Shown here one piece after another: positions 13,701-27,805 of a stretch of DNA of 64,000 nt (position 1 is its first letter; every line of letters starts with the position of its first letter). The translations under genes and the position numbers were made by a program. Under the pieces are notes generated by a model. The model had not been told where the DNA came from. It saw only the letters and a list, made by a program, of their open reading frames with translations, and did not search any database. Source of the stretch: Takakia lepidozioides (lineage: Eukaryota; Plantae; Bryophyta); NCBI GenBank assembly GCA_030704615.1, contig CM060733.1, forward strand, positions 34,596,001 through 34,660,000. Reading direction: 5' to 3'.

Positions 13701-16700
13701 AAGGGATTTCCGACTTTAATCAAAATGGATCTAGATTCAGAAACTATAGCTGTGGTTTGTTCTTGCGCATAGTAACAAGTACATATTTTATGACTAATAG
13801 TCCATTCAGAGTCCATTCAGAGCAAAAAGTCTAACTAGACTCATGAAGACGTGACTTTCAGCAGGTTATGCAGTTGAATGGCCTATTCTCGGCAACACCA
13901 ACACGTCACTGCTCTCTCTAGATCTGCTCTCTAGATCAGTGCCAGCTTAATAGGAGGGCACCACCTACTAGCGGTGATTTAACTAGGACTCCTATAAATC
14001 AGCAATACTATGAGGCAGGATGGGAGAAGCAGTCCTGCAGCTCTTTACATACAGGTGCTGGTGCGGAGCGATCTCCATCTCTCTTGATTGTTATATGTTA
14101 GCCAGCCTACACAGGTCCTTAGTGTTAAGCAAGCCTGCTGCAGGGTTCCAGCTTTGTCAGCAGCAAGTGTGAAGTGGTGCGTCAAGTGACAGAGGAAGGT
14201 CCAGTATTGTATTACTTGGCTCTATAGTACTTTTCTTCATTGCACTCTTCACTGTTTTCTGTGTGGAGTTTTGTGTCATGTATGTTCCAATTTTAGTGAA
14301 CCACTACACGCATTCAATAGGTGACTATCTAAGCCTCATCTCGCAGGCTGAAAACAGATTTCCTCCGAAAGTTCATACGTCTGAAGAACTAATATGAACT
14401 GCCGGGAGTCACCATCAGGAATTGAACGGCATTTAACCTTCCATTCGATGTCACAAAAAGTGGACATCTGCTAGCATGCAGCATACCATACAGTGCACTT
14501 TAATGTAGTCTCTGAATAATAGCTGGCTGACTGAGCGCGACAGCTCTTTGAAACTAGGTCGGAGAACTAGTGTTTACTCGGATCGGATCTGATCTGCTAC
14601 ATCTCAGAACTTCAGAGAGTTCACATATACAGACCTGGCAGCTTGTTTTCACGCTTGGGGCTCGAATGTTGGCCGACACAGCAGCAGCGCCAGTATATCA
14701 ATCCTGTAACTGCGCCGGCTACTACTATGGCCCCTGCAATGACACAACCGATAATGATGCCCAGGTTGCTCTTTTTCCCTGGGGATGCGGGGCGGAGTGC
14801 GGGGCACGGCTGGGACGTCGTACACAGGAGTAGATTCCCGAAGGTCCTGCACCCACATGAAAACAATGACTTAACCCACGGCTTCGGCCGTTGCTGCTGC
14901 AGGGTGTTCTCCTGGAGGGCCAAGTTTTCTTTACTCACTTTGGGAAACATTCTTTTCCAGGACAGCTCAAAGATTTCTTAGAGAGATCTAAACATCCAGA
15001 CACCGCCTCAAACCCTTATTAGAACGATCTGCAATAATAGAACAGGCGCAAACCGTCAAGTTTCTAAACTAAATTTTCCAAGCGATATATAGATCATTGC
15101 CTTGTTCTCGTTCTAAGCAGCTCACAGCACTTAACTGTCTTTGGATAACGATCTAGTCTGTAGTGGGTCTACACATATGCTCTTGACCAGCAAGGGACAA
15201 GCCTGGGACAAGAGCATAAATCTGATCTTTAGGGCTACTAACAGTTCTGGAAACTACTTCATAGATCGAGGGACTACTCGGCCAGATTCAGAGGCTTCCT
15301 GGACTTTGTAAGGGGGCGTTAAGAAAGATCTGCAATATCAAACATATGATGATGTTTCTATTCTAAGATACATGTGATGAATAGATAGATGATAGATCTA
15401 TAGATAGATAGATAGATGATGTTTCAATAACAAACATCTTAGAATTATAGAAACATCTTCTATTAGTGATTACCTTGCTCCTACTCGTGAAAATTGTACA
15501 AGCAATTAGTACTCTATCAAAACCCATCGAGAAAAGCGAGGCCTTAAGATACACAATCTAGCCAACAATTAGCTTTGTTACGACACCTGTCCAACAAACC
15601 ACAGGCTTGACATCAAAGGGTCTGCATAGAGAAGGCAATAACTGGTCTGCTGCAACTACTACAAATCAAAGGTTCAAAACGGGAATCTATTAGGAAGTAT
15701 TGAAACATTGAAAACTGAAATTCGACACCAGGTAACATGACCAGTGGAAAAATTTACTCCAACTTCAAGTTGCTTTTGTTGATAAGAGCTTGGGGAATGT
15801 CTCCACTCAGGTTGTTGTTTTGCAAAAATCTGTCCACCATCCAACAGGCACCTTACATGTTTATCAGATCTTAGCAGAAGGGTCACCGAAGAACACACCA
15901 TAAACTCATCTGTACCCTTGCTCAGCCCTTGCTTCGGAAAAAGTTCAACTTACTACAATGTGGTCCGTGGGAGATACTATTGTCTATCCGGCACTGTAGC
16001 TTAGGTGTCTCATTTTGAGAATATGAAATTCTTAGCAGCATGTGCATGAGGCGTTTATGACCCTTAGACAATCCATCAGTTTAGTTGTATCTAGAGGCCC
16101 CGCTCTCTTTCTTGTTTCATGCTTTCACTTGTCCCATAAGCTCTTTGAGCTTCCAGCAGAGGTTACAAAGTATCGTTTGTTTCCTAATTTCTCTTTTTTT
16201 CATGTCCGAAGCAGCCACAAACTACATATGCTGGAGAGGAACCTGGATATCATTTCCAAATTAATTAGGAAGCTGCTCAAGCATACTGTGCCAAATTGAT
16301 TTCCGAATTATATAGGCAGCCGAATCATTGAGGGAGACTGCAGAATCTTCCGGGGATCTTCAAGATTGAAATGGGCACCCGATGAAGTAGACATATGTTC
16401 AGCTAGAAGTTCAAAATAGTCAAAATCCCAAGACAAAAGGTGATGTAAGTCGCAACTTTTACTTTCAGTTCCTGATCCTCAACGCATATTACTCGCCAAT
16501 AACATTTTGTAGACAATAGCCCGGAGCAAAGAGGTACTTTCGGGAGAATCTCATCTGATAGCTCATGACAAAGAACTCACAGTTGTTGGAGATTTGTCAA
16601 TTGACTCAGCTGCTCCGGAATGCTCCCTGTTAGTTTGTTGTTTTCCAGCCGCCTAAACACCAAACCACAAGGATCTAATTAAGAGTGGCTTAATTATCAA

Positions 16701-19700
16701 AGGATTCTGAACCACTAGATTTTCTGCAGTTAATCATACCTCTAGCAGAGTACAGTGCTGACCAACTGGTAAAAATGGTTCCTACGTGCAACCCAGTTCC
16801 TTGCACGCAGATGCGATAGATGGCAGGCAGAGAACTCACAGTTGCTGGAGATTTGTCAGTTCACTCAGCTGCTCCGGTATGCTCCCTGATATTGTGTTGT
16901 TATCCAACCACCTGAACTCCACACCTCAATCTTCTACTGATAATACTTACTAAAGACCAGAAAGTCACATGTATCGAGGTGCACCAGAAAGACCAAACGT
17001 GAAAGAAATCCGTCTGCCACATACTTTGAGCCATGCAGCATATGGATACTATCTATGTAGATTAAAGCATTCGCTTGATCTCCTACAGCTGCTCAACTGT
17101 AGAACTGTATGCAAATACAGATTGGTTCAAATTAATACATGAACCTCAAAGAACGAACAACTACTACGATAAGAATGAGCACTTGGTTTGCAAAGGAAGC
17201 GACTTTTTGGAAATGGAAGGTTTTGGGACAAAGGAAATTAAAAAACGGGACTGTATAGAGCAACACCTGGGAAAACTACAGTACCCTGCAACAACCATCG
17301 CCCACCACAATACCCTTAAAGGTACCTACAGTCAACTACGAGAGGCATTTTGAGGAGGTTTCTGGGATAGAGCAGCTACCTAGTGCTGCTGTATGACGAG
17401 TACTCGATATTGAGTCCTAGTATCAAGCACACATTCGAGAATTTGAGGTAGAAAATGCTTACAAGGCATTTAGAGCGGAAAGCTTTCCAATCTCCAAGGG
17501 TATGGACCCAGTCAGATTCATGTTTGAGACCTTCCTGTGGATTCAAGAGGCAATAAAATCGTTGAAATCCCTTAATTCCCTTGATCCAAAGGTCTCGAAA
17601 AACAAGACGAGTTCACACTATGTTACACACAAGACGGTCCCCTTTCATATGCCCAGGGTTCGTTACAGTGGACCGTGATATCTAACCAGCATAGACATAC
17701 ATGATGTACGATTTGTAGTTTTCAGATACAATCAACAGCAGAAAAAACAATTAGGCTGCTTACAGAGTATAGACTCTGGGAGGCGTGTCAGAAGTACAAG
17801 CTATCCAATCATACGGAGTTGGCGAGCAAGGATCCCCAGTCCAATCGGTCAGATTGAAGGCTATCTTGACAATGTCAATCACGTTTTCTGCAAGATCCAT
17901 TCCACACGCATGTTCCGATGAGTAGGAGCCATGAAAATGTTAATCCCCAACCCTCGAGATCCAAAGATGTACAAGGAACGTTCCAGAACCGACAAAAAGA
18001 CATCAACCCGCTAAAGATAATCAAGCTTCCTCAATCCTTATCACATCTTCATTTTCATTTGAATCACCGTTTGCTTGGGTTTCCAGCCGAATTAAACCGC
18101 TGCACAGAACTTTCGACGATCACTTACCATCTGCATAGTATGTCCTCGGAGAAACAGATTGAGAAATCTCATAAATTTCGGCGGCATTCAGAATGGGACC
18201 CAGAGTCGAGTTAGAATCTGGAACGAAGCTGAAATACGACTGGTCATTCATGGGCTTGTTGGGTGAGATGATGATATGAGAGTTGTGAATAGCTTCGACA
18301 CTATCAGAAACAGTGTATGCATTGATACAAGTACCGTATAATGCGTCATTCGTCAGTATGTGAGTACAGAAGTCAAAGTAACGTGACTCGTTGCTTGACA
18401 ACTGTTGTATCTCAGCAAAGTAGAAAAGGATATTGTAGAAAGAGTTTGCTTGATAATTTGAATCCGGAAAGCTGAAATTGAAACTTTTGTCCCGAGAACA
18501 GGTTATGGCAGTTTGCATGACGGTCGTGGGTGGATTTTGAAGAAGATCAGCTACATTCACTACATGGGATGTGCTGAGAAATTCATAATTGGACCCTGTG
18601 CGCCCCGAACCACGCCACTTGCGATCGTAAAGGTCGTCAGGATACCTGGTGACATGCAGTACAAACGAGGCATAAGGTCCATGATCCAAGAGACTCGGGA
18701 CTGAATTTCAAAAACTGTGGTTGAGCCATTTGTGCCTTGGACATCTTATATGAATCCAAACCTAGAAATATGTGCGAATTTCTGCCTTTCCTAGGTACAC
18801 TGATCCTGCAGAAGTGGTGCACGCTACCTAATTTCCTGAAGTCCTATCCATGGACCGCATTCTAGCCCCATTATAGCCTTGGAGACCCCTCGCGACAGTC
18901 TCTCTAACTAGGCCTACAAGTTGCGGATATTCATTTGCAATTCTAACCAGAGGAAAATGAGGATGCCCTACCTTCTACCTTGTTTCATGAGGTTAAGAAA
19001 ATACTGACCTTACAACTGTGTTTGCATCAGCTCCGAGGTCCACTCTACCGTGGCCATACAAGTAGACTGATCCGGGAGATGTACCTTCGAACAAGTAGCT
19101 ACTGTTCATTGCAAATATAGGGCGCAACTCCAGGGAAGAAATGAAAGGGGTCTCTGACGGTGATATGCGGGAAAGACAGACGAAAATGCTGTTGTTTGTG
19201 GCAAGAATAATTGTTTCGAGTTCCACCCAGTCACCGCTCTTGTTGAAGGTCAATGTGCTCCTCCTGCTCGCCTCTATGTCAAGGTAAAAGGTGGGAGGTG
19301 GGAGGCCGTCGTATGAACCATATGAGAATGTTGCACGAATCAAGTAAGTGTTGTCTGCCTGTACAGGCTGCAAAATATAGCAGTCCTTCCCCCGCGACTC
19401 GGGGAAGTATCGAAGAGTCTGAAGAGTGGTGTCATTACTGCCCATAACGTTTTTCCAATTTTTCCCGGTTGCAATGTAGCCATCATCAGGGACCCAGGAG
19501 ATGTTAGTCACAGGATCGACATATGCTTGACTGGCTCCACAGTCGATGCTGATAAACTCTGAAATTCAGCCCACAATCGCACGCACATTTTACTACTCCT
19601 TTTGATTTCCACGAGGGCCTGATCAGTGGTCACATCATGCAGTGATCATACCAGATGAACTGCTTGAATTGCTTCCACGGACCAAAAAGCCCAATAATCC

Positions 19701-19981
19701 GCCAAATCTGTTTGCCTCTGAGGCTCAATATCAGCAATTACAGATCATAGTCCAATTCTCACTAATTGATGACACTTGAGTGCTGTATTACATTTCTAGA
19801 ACTTTCTGGAGTCTAGCTCAGTTTTAGGAAAGCGGGATGAAGAACAAACCAGCTTGTTGGGCCCATGTCCGTGACACGCCAATAGCAATGCAATCATCAA
19901 TCCCACTCCCACTGTGATCAGGGACAGCGGAACCCGCATGCTTCTGCGGAGTTGAAACCTTGTCCCCGCCTCCATCTTCAC
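10710..19981 (-). CDS. Malectin-like LRR receptor-like Ser/Thr kinase (LRR-I/IOS1-type), multi-exon
   Basis: Approximate exons: 19981-19849 (signal), 19558-19011 (FISIDCG...LRYFP...YLIRATF...ISSLELRP), 18647-18126 ([10 protein letters not shown]...[10 protein letters not shown]), 17889-17765 (WTGDPC). 72-bp LRR exons at ~17534-17463, 16911-16840, 16652-16581, 15829-15758. TM exon 14846-14635. Kinase exons 13626-13415 (GKGGFG, VAVK), ~13050-12921, ~12295-12215, ~12034-11848 ([17 protein letters not shown]), ~11612-11481 (SDVYSFG), 11087-10710. Confidence 0.93.
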
Positions 19982-22900
19982 ATCTCGACTTCCTTTACAA
20001 GCCCACTTCCCGTGCCAAGGTCAAAAGACCCCGAGATCACTAGCAGACGAAGAAAACATTGAATCCATAACACCATGACATAACTCACACCAAGGCTGAA
20101 GGAAGCCATGGATACACACCCACCTACTGCATGCTCACGTAAGACACGAGACCTTCGAAAGGAAAAGTAGCGAAAAGATCAGTTACGCTGGCTTTGGTCA
20201 AAGTCTTCTGTGGCTAGTGCTACTTCTACTAAAGGCCCCGCCCACTGGTATGCTAGTGCTAGCCTGCACTGCCCTGCTCCAGATATTTTAGCTCTAACTA
20301 CTGCTATCTACACTAAGGATCTCGGTCATAGTTTAGGGCGAAATTTAGCAGTACCCCCACCCTAGCACTATATATAAGAGGGAATGGTATTTCACTCCTT
20401 CAAAAAGGGTAGAGGATCGGTTCCCCCCTTCACTGACTACCGGGTGTGGCCTCATGGTGTCCCAGGGGTTTTATTTTTTTCCCCACAATTAAAAAAAATT
20501 CCAGGGCCTCAGTCCCTTCCAAAGGCCTTTCCAGGCTTTCCAGGCCTCTGTCCCCTGTCCTGTGTCCCCTGGAAGGTACCCTTTGGAATTGTGAATGGAA
20601 TCCCTTAAATGTGTTGGGCTAGCAACCTGTGTTGCTATGAGTGTGGTTGAAATATTCAAGTATAGGGCAATGAGGCCCTTCCGCCCATTTTCAAACACAT
20701 GAACCGAGGCTCACGCACGCAAGGGCGGCAGCCAGAATTCATGTGTTCCAAAGCCGTGGAAGGACCGAGTCAGCTGCCCCTCACCAGCATAAAAACCAAC
20801 CTGCCCTCCTCATTGCCCCACCCTCCAGAAAAATTGTCACCTTACTCATTCCATAAGGCCCTAGAAGTCTTACGCCTCACGTAAGGTACGTCCTCCTCCT
20901 GTAGGATGAAGACTTCATGTCTGAAAAGGTAACGGATGTAACAAAGGAAGGTTTAGGGTACTCAATAATTATGTGTGAGGCCTTTTCCTTTTTGTTGACT
21001 TTGTAGTGCTGTGCGGTCCCAGCACAAAAATACTTATCCAGAAAACGAAAATAGTGACCACTCAAGATCTAATCCCTGCTGACAAATTTGCATGAGAATC
21101 AGAAAACATCCACGGGTGGATGTTGAGGGGTTGTTTGGTCAACTTTACTACACTATAGAGTTTTCACTACTTTTCACTACTTACTACCTTTTTTTTTCTT
21201 TTTTTTTACTTTTGACTTGGACATTCGTAAAGAACCGTGATATTTTTCTTAGTTCATTTTTAGGTCAGATAGGGCAGAAGATTTGCACTATACCTTCCAG
21301 CCTCCGTAAGGACCTTGCCACGCTGGCAAAATACCTTACGGGGGCTCTGGAAGGTACTCAAAATATCATGGTTCTTTACGCCGGAGAAGGGCCTCAAGAG
21401 AGACCCATCTCCTATACAAATCGCCCCCACCCAAATTTCACATTAGGTTTAGGCAGCATTTTTTTCCCCCTTTTTTTTTTGTTTTTGTTGGGAACAGCGG
21501 AGGAAGCCCTTTTTGAGCCTTATTGATGATTATTGAAGGGCATTTTGTTTCTTATTTTTCAAAAGTAGCGCAAGCGGCCACCTGCGTATTCTACCCAGGG
21601 CCAGGTCACGAAAATAACGGTGGCGTACCTGCCCTGGCCAATAGGTAGGTGGCAACAACTTTTGTGGCACCTCTAGAATAGGTGGTGACAACGACATAGG
21701 TCCCTACCGATGCCAATAAGTAAGTTGATTTATTGAGGGACATGGTCATAGGCCTTCCTACCTTTACCAAATGCCGAATAGATCGAAGGTTCAAAATAAT
21801 TTCAAAGGATCTAAAAATCTACAGAGAATATTTGATGAACAAGTGGGATGACGAGATGGGCATTTGATACACCTCCGCATACTATTTGCCCATTAAATCA
21901 ACCATCGATAAATCATCTACACCCACTAGTGGTTGAGTTAGCAGGGGGTTATCGATGATGTGTGAGAGGCTTTTACATGTGGGACTCCTGATTTCAATCC
22001 ACCGGAGTGTCAGATGCTAGAGTTGACCTTACAGTGTTTCCGTCCCAGTAAATCAAACAAACATCTTGGCGGCACCTGGTCGGTGAACCCACATACCCTG
22101 AAATTTTCACTGTATTTGCACATTATTCTCTATGGGCTGCTTTGTAGGCATATGTAGGGGGGTCAAATTTGAACCTTTTGAACTGGCAGGATGTAAAATT
22201 ACAAAAAAACATGTGCCTACAAATTTTACCATCAAAATGTCAATCCCTCTGGTCCACCTTTTCCCGACACCCTTTTGCTGCCCCTCAATTTTTTTCATCC
22301 GAATTGAAAACAAAACTTTTTGCAACCTGTGCACTATTTTCTTATATAAGGCTCATGCGCCTACTAAATTCTTCCTAGCCCTGGGTGAGTTGTCTATTGT
22401 TTGTCGGGAAGAACTTGGAGAGATGTGACAATTCACCATGTGAAACTTTCACACCTAGTGTTTATCAATCTGAATATTGGTTGTATGACTTTCAGTTTGT
22501 GAGGTTTGTGATTTCCAGAGGATACATATAAGGTGTTGCATGATGAACATTCTTGAGCTATTTAAATAATGTTGATAATCAAATTCTTTTTTTCTTTTTT
22601 CTTTGAGAGAAAGGGGATAGAGGCCCTTTTAATCAAATTAAAAGTATAAAGGTTCACATTGGGTGGAAAAAATAACCACGAGGGAGGCCGTGAGGCACAC
22701 TGTGGAGGAACATCCCCGAAACCGAAGCATACTAGCTACAAGCAAGAGGAGATGTAAGAGGGCAGGTAGAGAGCAGTTGGAGAATGAAGAGAATACTATG
22801 AGCCTGAGCAAGAAATATTACTAGAAAAACAAGCATGAGGAGAGAAGCAAACTAGCAAAAAATTCTAGAAGCTTGAGTGAATCAAGACAGGGAGCATGGA

Positions 22901-23739
22901 GAAAAGTGGAGGAAAGAGACAACTACTACACACTAAAATCTCAGCTGGGTCCCAAACTTGGTCACGCAGGGTTTTTTGTGCCTCCAATTAAAGTCTGCGT
23001 CGTTGCCCTCACCAGGGGACATCCCAAGCTATGGGAGTGGAGACATTCCAGCGGAACCGTATGTTGGGAAGACAAGTTCCGAGAGTGTCGTTTTGCCCCA
23101 GGATTGCTAAAAGTCATTGACGAGCTGTCTGCCCTGTTCTTCAAAAGATCTGGAAACAACTGCACACAATATGTCCCATGCTTTCCTCCTCTCGGTAAGC
23201 AGGTCATGGTATATACAAAAAAGAATTGACCTTCCCCTAGGGGGTTTCCCCTCATACATGAAACAACATCTAACCTTCCAAAGGTTCCACAAGGTTAGAG
23301 TCCTGAGATTGTCTCACATTGGGCATGAAGAAAGCAAGCGAGGAGGAAGGAAATTCAGCAACAGCAAAGAGGAAGGGGTGGGGATGATGTCCCAATTGGA
23401 GTAGAAGCTGAACACAGCTTTCCAACTCTGGCTGGAAAAGAGCATTCTGCCAGACAATGCTCGATGGTCTCAGGCTGTGTCAAGCATAAACTGCAAGTAG
23501 AGTTGTTGCACGAGGTCTTAGCATTGACTGGCAGGATCCTGTGAGCCAATTTCCACAAAAAACCGGAGATCTTAGCTGCCCTATGTTTTTTCCAGATGTC
23601 TTTCCAAATCGAGTCCCAGTTAGCCGATGTCAGATTGAGGTAGTTCCACTTTTCAGACCATCTAGATAGGAAGGAAGTGGTTGGCCTTAATATAGAGTAA
23701 CCCAACCTAACCGAGTAAGCAAAGAAAGGGGAGTGGAGA

Positions 23740-24933
23740 CACTACAGCAAATGGGGGGGTTTGCGACGCCAGCCGCGCCCCCACGCCCCGCGCATCGCTA
23801 AGCCCGCGACGCTTTTTTGCGACGCCCCCCGCTGCGACACCATTACGACGCCCAACCGTCGTAAGGTGGCATGAAGGGGGAAAGATGGCCCTCGTTGCGA
23901 CGGATTTTTTTTCTTGCGACTCCCGGGCGTCGGAAATTTAAAAAATAAAATAAAATAAAACGTTGCGACGCCTCGGCGTCACAAAAGCGTCACTAAGGGC
24001 GCCCCAACGCCTCTGCGTCGCAACAGCATCACCAGAGTGGAAGTTTTTTTTTTTTTTTTTTTTTTGGGCTTTGCGGCCCTTAACTTCACAAAAGCGTCGC
24101 TGGGGGCGCCCCGCGCTAGAACGCCCAACGTTGCGACGCCAGGGGGTCGCAACGGCATCGCCACAGGGGGTCACAATGGTGTTGTGGTCAGCTTAGGTCA
24201 TCACAATGACGTCACTTTGGGCGCCTGACGGTGGGGGGGTACAACAACGGTGACGATGTTGGGGCTGGGGCTGGGGCTGGGCACTAAGGCTGTGAAGGTT
24301 GCAATTCCCCGGCGTCACAAGAGAGACCCCTTAGAAGGAACTTGAAGGAACTTGAAGGAAATCTTTATATGTATATATATATTTAGATTGCTTTTGTGAT
24401 ACATAGATGTAGCGTAGGTGTGTTGGTTAGTTTGTAATGTCTTAGAAATGTTATAACGTGGAGGTCTTAGGTTCATGTATGCATTGCATAATATATGTAG
24501 AACAATGAACATATCGCCATTAGACAGAACCGGAGTCAATGGTCCACAAGTTTTTGAAATTCGAATTCCAAATTCAAATTTTCCCGCCTAAATTCAAATG
24601 TACCCCCTTAAATTGTGACGTCCGGGCGTCGCACTTTGCGACCCCCGGACGGTGCTGATTCTGCATTGCAGAGTAGGTTTTTTTTTTTAATCCTCCGACG
24701 TCCAGACGTCGGAAATCGCGTCGGCGTCACAAATCGCGGTTTCGCATATTTGCGACCCTCATTGGTCGCATATTTGCGACGTTTTTTTGGCGACGGACTG
24801 GCGACGCCCGAACGTCGCAAATTTGGTTCTTCCCCCCCTGCTCGAAAAAGGCTGTTTTACGACGCCGTGGCGTGGCTGCGGCGTCGAGAAACCCCCCCCC
24901 CCCCCCCCCTTTTTTTTTTTTTTTCTTATAGTG
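23740..24933. mobile_element. Small non-autonomous CACTA element
   Basis: Termini CACTAC...ATAGTG, 3-bp TSD AGA (23737-39 / 24934-36), dense GCGACG/CGTCGC subterminal repeats. Confidence 0.85.
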
Positions 24934-26879
24934 AGATCATCACTCCAACTCCATTCCCCCGGGTCAAATTGCAGAGCAGCCAATGGATAAGAAAGAAACC
25001 AAGAGAAGGTTGAGTGCAATTGCATTTTCTGCCCTAGCGGTGGGGCTGGGTTAGCCATCCCCTTCCCATCCAACACTCTGATCGGATAAATGAACTGTTT
25101 CTGGATCTTGTAAGTAGGAGGTTGCCCTCACAATCTGCAACAGAAGCAATTCCCGAAGCCAAACTATCATTCATTGAGAGCACCAGTAGGACCGTGTTAC
25201 CGCCATTGCCTGTGGCAGCTGTCTAGCTGGGCAGGGACTAGCACGTCTGTTGCCCACAATTTGAGACACTATACCTGCAGGAAGAAAACTGTCTTGCTCC
25301 CAAATATTGCTGCAAATGAATAATGCACCACAATGTTCCCAATAAGCCCACTTTGGTTTTTGAAGGGATAACCTTTCAGAGCTGAGTATATTGTTCCCAA
25401 AAAAGGGTTGGCGGTAGGCCTCTGCAAAACAGACGGGTCTTCTTTGAACCAGTTTATCCCTGAGTGACTGCCAGACTGCCCAAATAGATTGCCATGGGCG
25501 AGGTCCCAGGATCACTTTCGTATTCTTTCCTTGAACAATCCAATAGAGGGAGTGGGCCCACAGGCCGGGGGATGAGGAGGGCCCCATGAGATAAGGTTGG
25601 ATTAGCTTACTCCACGGGCTGTGGCAGTAAACAATGGTTCTAGGAATCCACTTTGTCAAAAGTGCCTTGATTTGCGTTGTAGGATCCAAAATACCCAGGC
25701 CTCCTTTCTTTTTGGGCTGACATAGTTGCTCCCAAGAAACAAGAGCTCGCACTAGAAGAAAAACGTGGAATAACCACTATGTTAACCACTTATTTTGAGT
25801 GGTAAAAGACACTAAACCACTCTGGCCCCAAGAACCAGTGGATTAGGACAAATGAGTGGTAAAAGACATTATGTGGCATCAGTGGTTGAGGACAGTGGTT
25901 CGAACCACTCACGTCCGGGTCCACCTGTTCACTAACATGTCACAGTGGTAAATTAACCACTGTGACGTGTAAACTCACCAATGTGACGTGTCAATGGCGT
26001 GTCATTGAGATAAACCAACCACTTCTGACGTGTCACAGTGGTAAATTGACGTGTCATAGTGGTAAGTAACCACTTCCGTTTTCAAGTGGACACGTGGAAG
26101 TCAGTGGTCCGTGGATGATATTGGAGATTATGTTGACACGTGGCGACACTCTCAGCATGGACACGTGTCCTGTGTCGGTGCTACGAAATGGATGGAGTGA
26201 AAAATTCAATGACTTCTGAAACCACTTGTTGAGTGATCGCGAAATGACTCATAGAGTCATTCTATGAAAACTGAGAATATACAATATTACTCAAACCGTG
26301 GTTATGTGAGTGGATGACGTCTCTCAGCAGGTCATTGGAATGATTACCCACATAGTGGTATGTAAGCTATTTGAATCATCCATGGTGTCTCTCTCAGTGG
26401 GAACTATGGATTGGAATGATTACTAACAGAGCGGTGTGTAAGTGATTAGGAATACCATTGGATGAATTCATACCACTAATACAGTAAAATATAGGTGATT
26501 ACTTATACCACTACAAGAGTGGTAATGGAGGCAATTGTGTGTATTTGGCTACTCTTACAGTTTTAAATTATACCACTATTACAATGGCGTGCAAGTGATT
26601 ATGAACATGACTAGAGGAACACATACCACTATTGTGGTGAAAGAAGTACCATTGGGGATTCAAGCTCCACAAAATAAAATAAAATCCCAGAGAGTAAGTG
26701 CTGGAACACTGTCAACAAAATCCAGCCATGATAAAAGTCTGAGCCTAACTTCTACACGGCGTCTCCGCATGCATGCTAGGAACACTGAACTGCTTTCCTG
26801 CCTTCTTCTCATTGCCAGCAATGTCTACGCCCGGACGAACGAATTTGTAAGCCCTCTTCATGTTCTTCTCTAGCCAGGG

Positions 26880-27160
26880 CTGCCAAGCTCACATTTGATG
26901 TAGATGTACACCAGGGGAATGTTCAGAATGACATCTGGTACAGTTCCAGCTTTGATAATGTCACCATGAAGCTCTTTGCCCCTTCCCAGGGCTGCTAGGC
27001 TCCCATATGTATATTACAAACACAAATAAACATGACCTGGTCTTGCTTCATCCCATCCCACATCATTTGCTCCTAGGTTTCCAAAGCATTAATCCCATAC
27101 CCATGCTGCACATACCTTGCAATCATGGCACTCCAAAACACCACATCTCGTTCAGCCACC
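26880..27160 (-). pseudogene. PLS-class PPR gene fragment inside CACTA
   Basis: DVVFWSAMIARYVQHGYGINAL followed by LAALGRGKELHGDIIKAG-type motif remnants, with stops. Confidence 0.7.
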
Positions 27161-27462
27161 TCTCTTGATCCTCTTTCAGAAGCTGTGGTCATGGTTGAGG
27201 TGCCTGATTTTATCAACTGTGCCGCTGCAGCTGCTACCTTTAGTTGACCATCTACCCATGCAGCAGGTTTCTTGTAGCTATTGATCCACATGGAATCATA
27301 GGTAATCTGGAGCTTGAAGTTCGGCCATCTTGGATGAATCTGCACCCAGACTCTATCCCTGCTCCTTCAGCTATCCATGCCGCTACACAAAATCATGCAT
27401 ACATCATTGTCTTGCTGCTAGCACCTAACAATGACAGCCTAGATTTGTTCTAGGAAACACCC

Positions 27463-27789
27463 TGTCAAGTTATTTTACCACTAGTGTGAAACTAGCTAGG
27501 AAATAGCTAGCTTTTACATATTGACATTTGGGATTGGCCCAAGTGTCAATCCAGGGGTCAAGGCAGATTTAGGCCTTGGAGTGGTTATCTTCACGGCAAG
27601 CGCGGGAGGCTCATCTTTCTCGAGTTGAGCCTCACCGCGCCTAGCTATGGCGCCGTAGTGTGGATTCCCCATGGCGTGGGGTGCACTTGGCTTGACTTGT
27701 ATTTGAGTGATGAGGTTATATATGCATGAGTTTATGCTTCAGCTTTGTGAGCTCGCATGAGCTTGTGCTTGTATTCTTCTTCTTTATCA
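27463..27789 (+). repeat. Terminal repeat A1 (327 bp, TG...CA)
   Basis: Matches 39668-39994 with one substitution seen by eye (AGGCCTTGG vs AGGCCCTGG). Confidence 0.95.
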
Positions 27790-27805
27790 CTCGAGAAAGA
27801 TGAGC
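27789..27805 (+). promoter_or_regulatory. Putative self-priming primer-binding site (Tf1-like)
   Basis: ACTCGAGAAAGATGAGC at the end of A1 is the exact reverse complement of 27609-27625 inside A. No TGG-starting tRNA PBS is present. Confidence 0.7.
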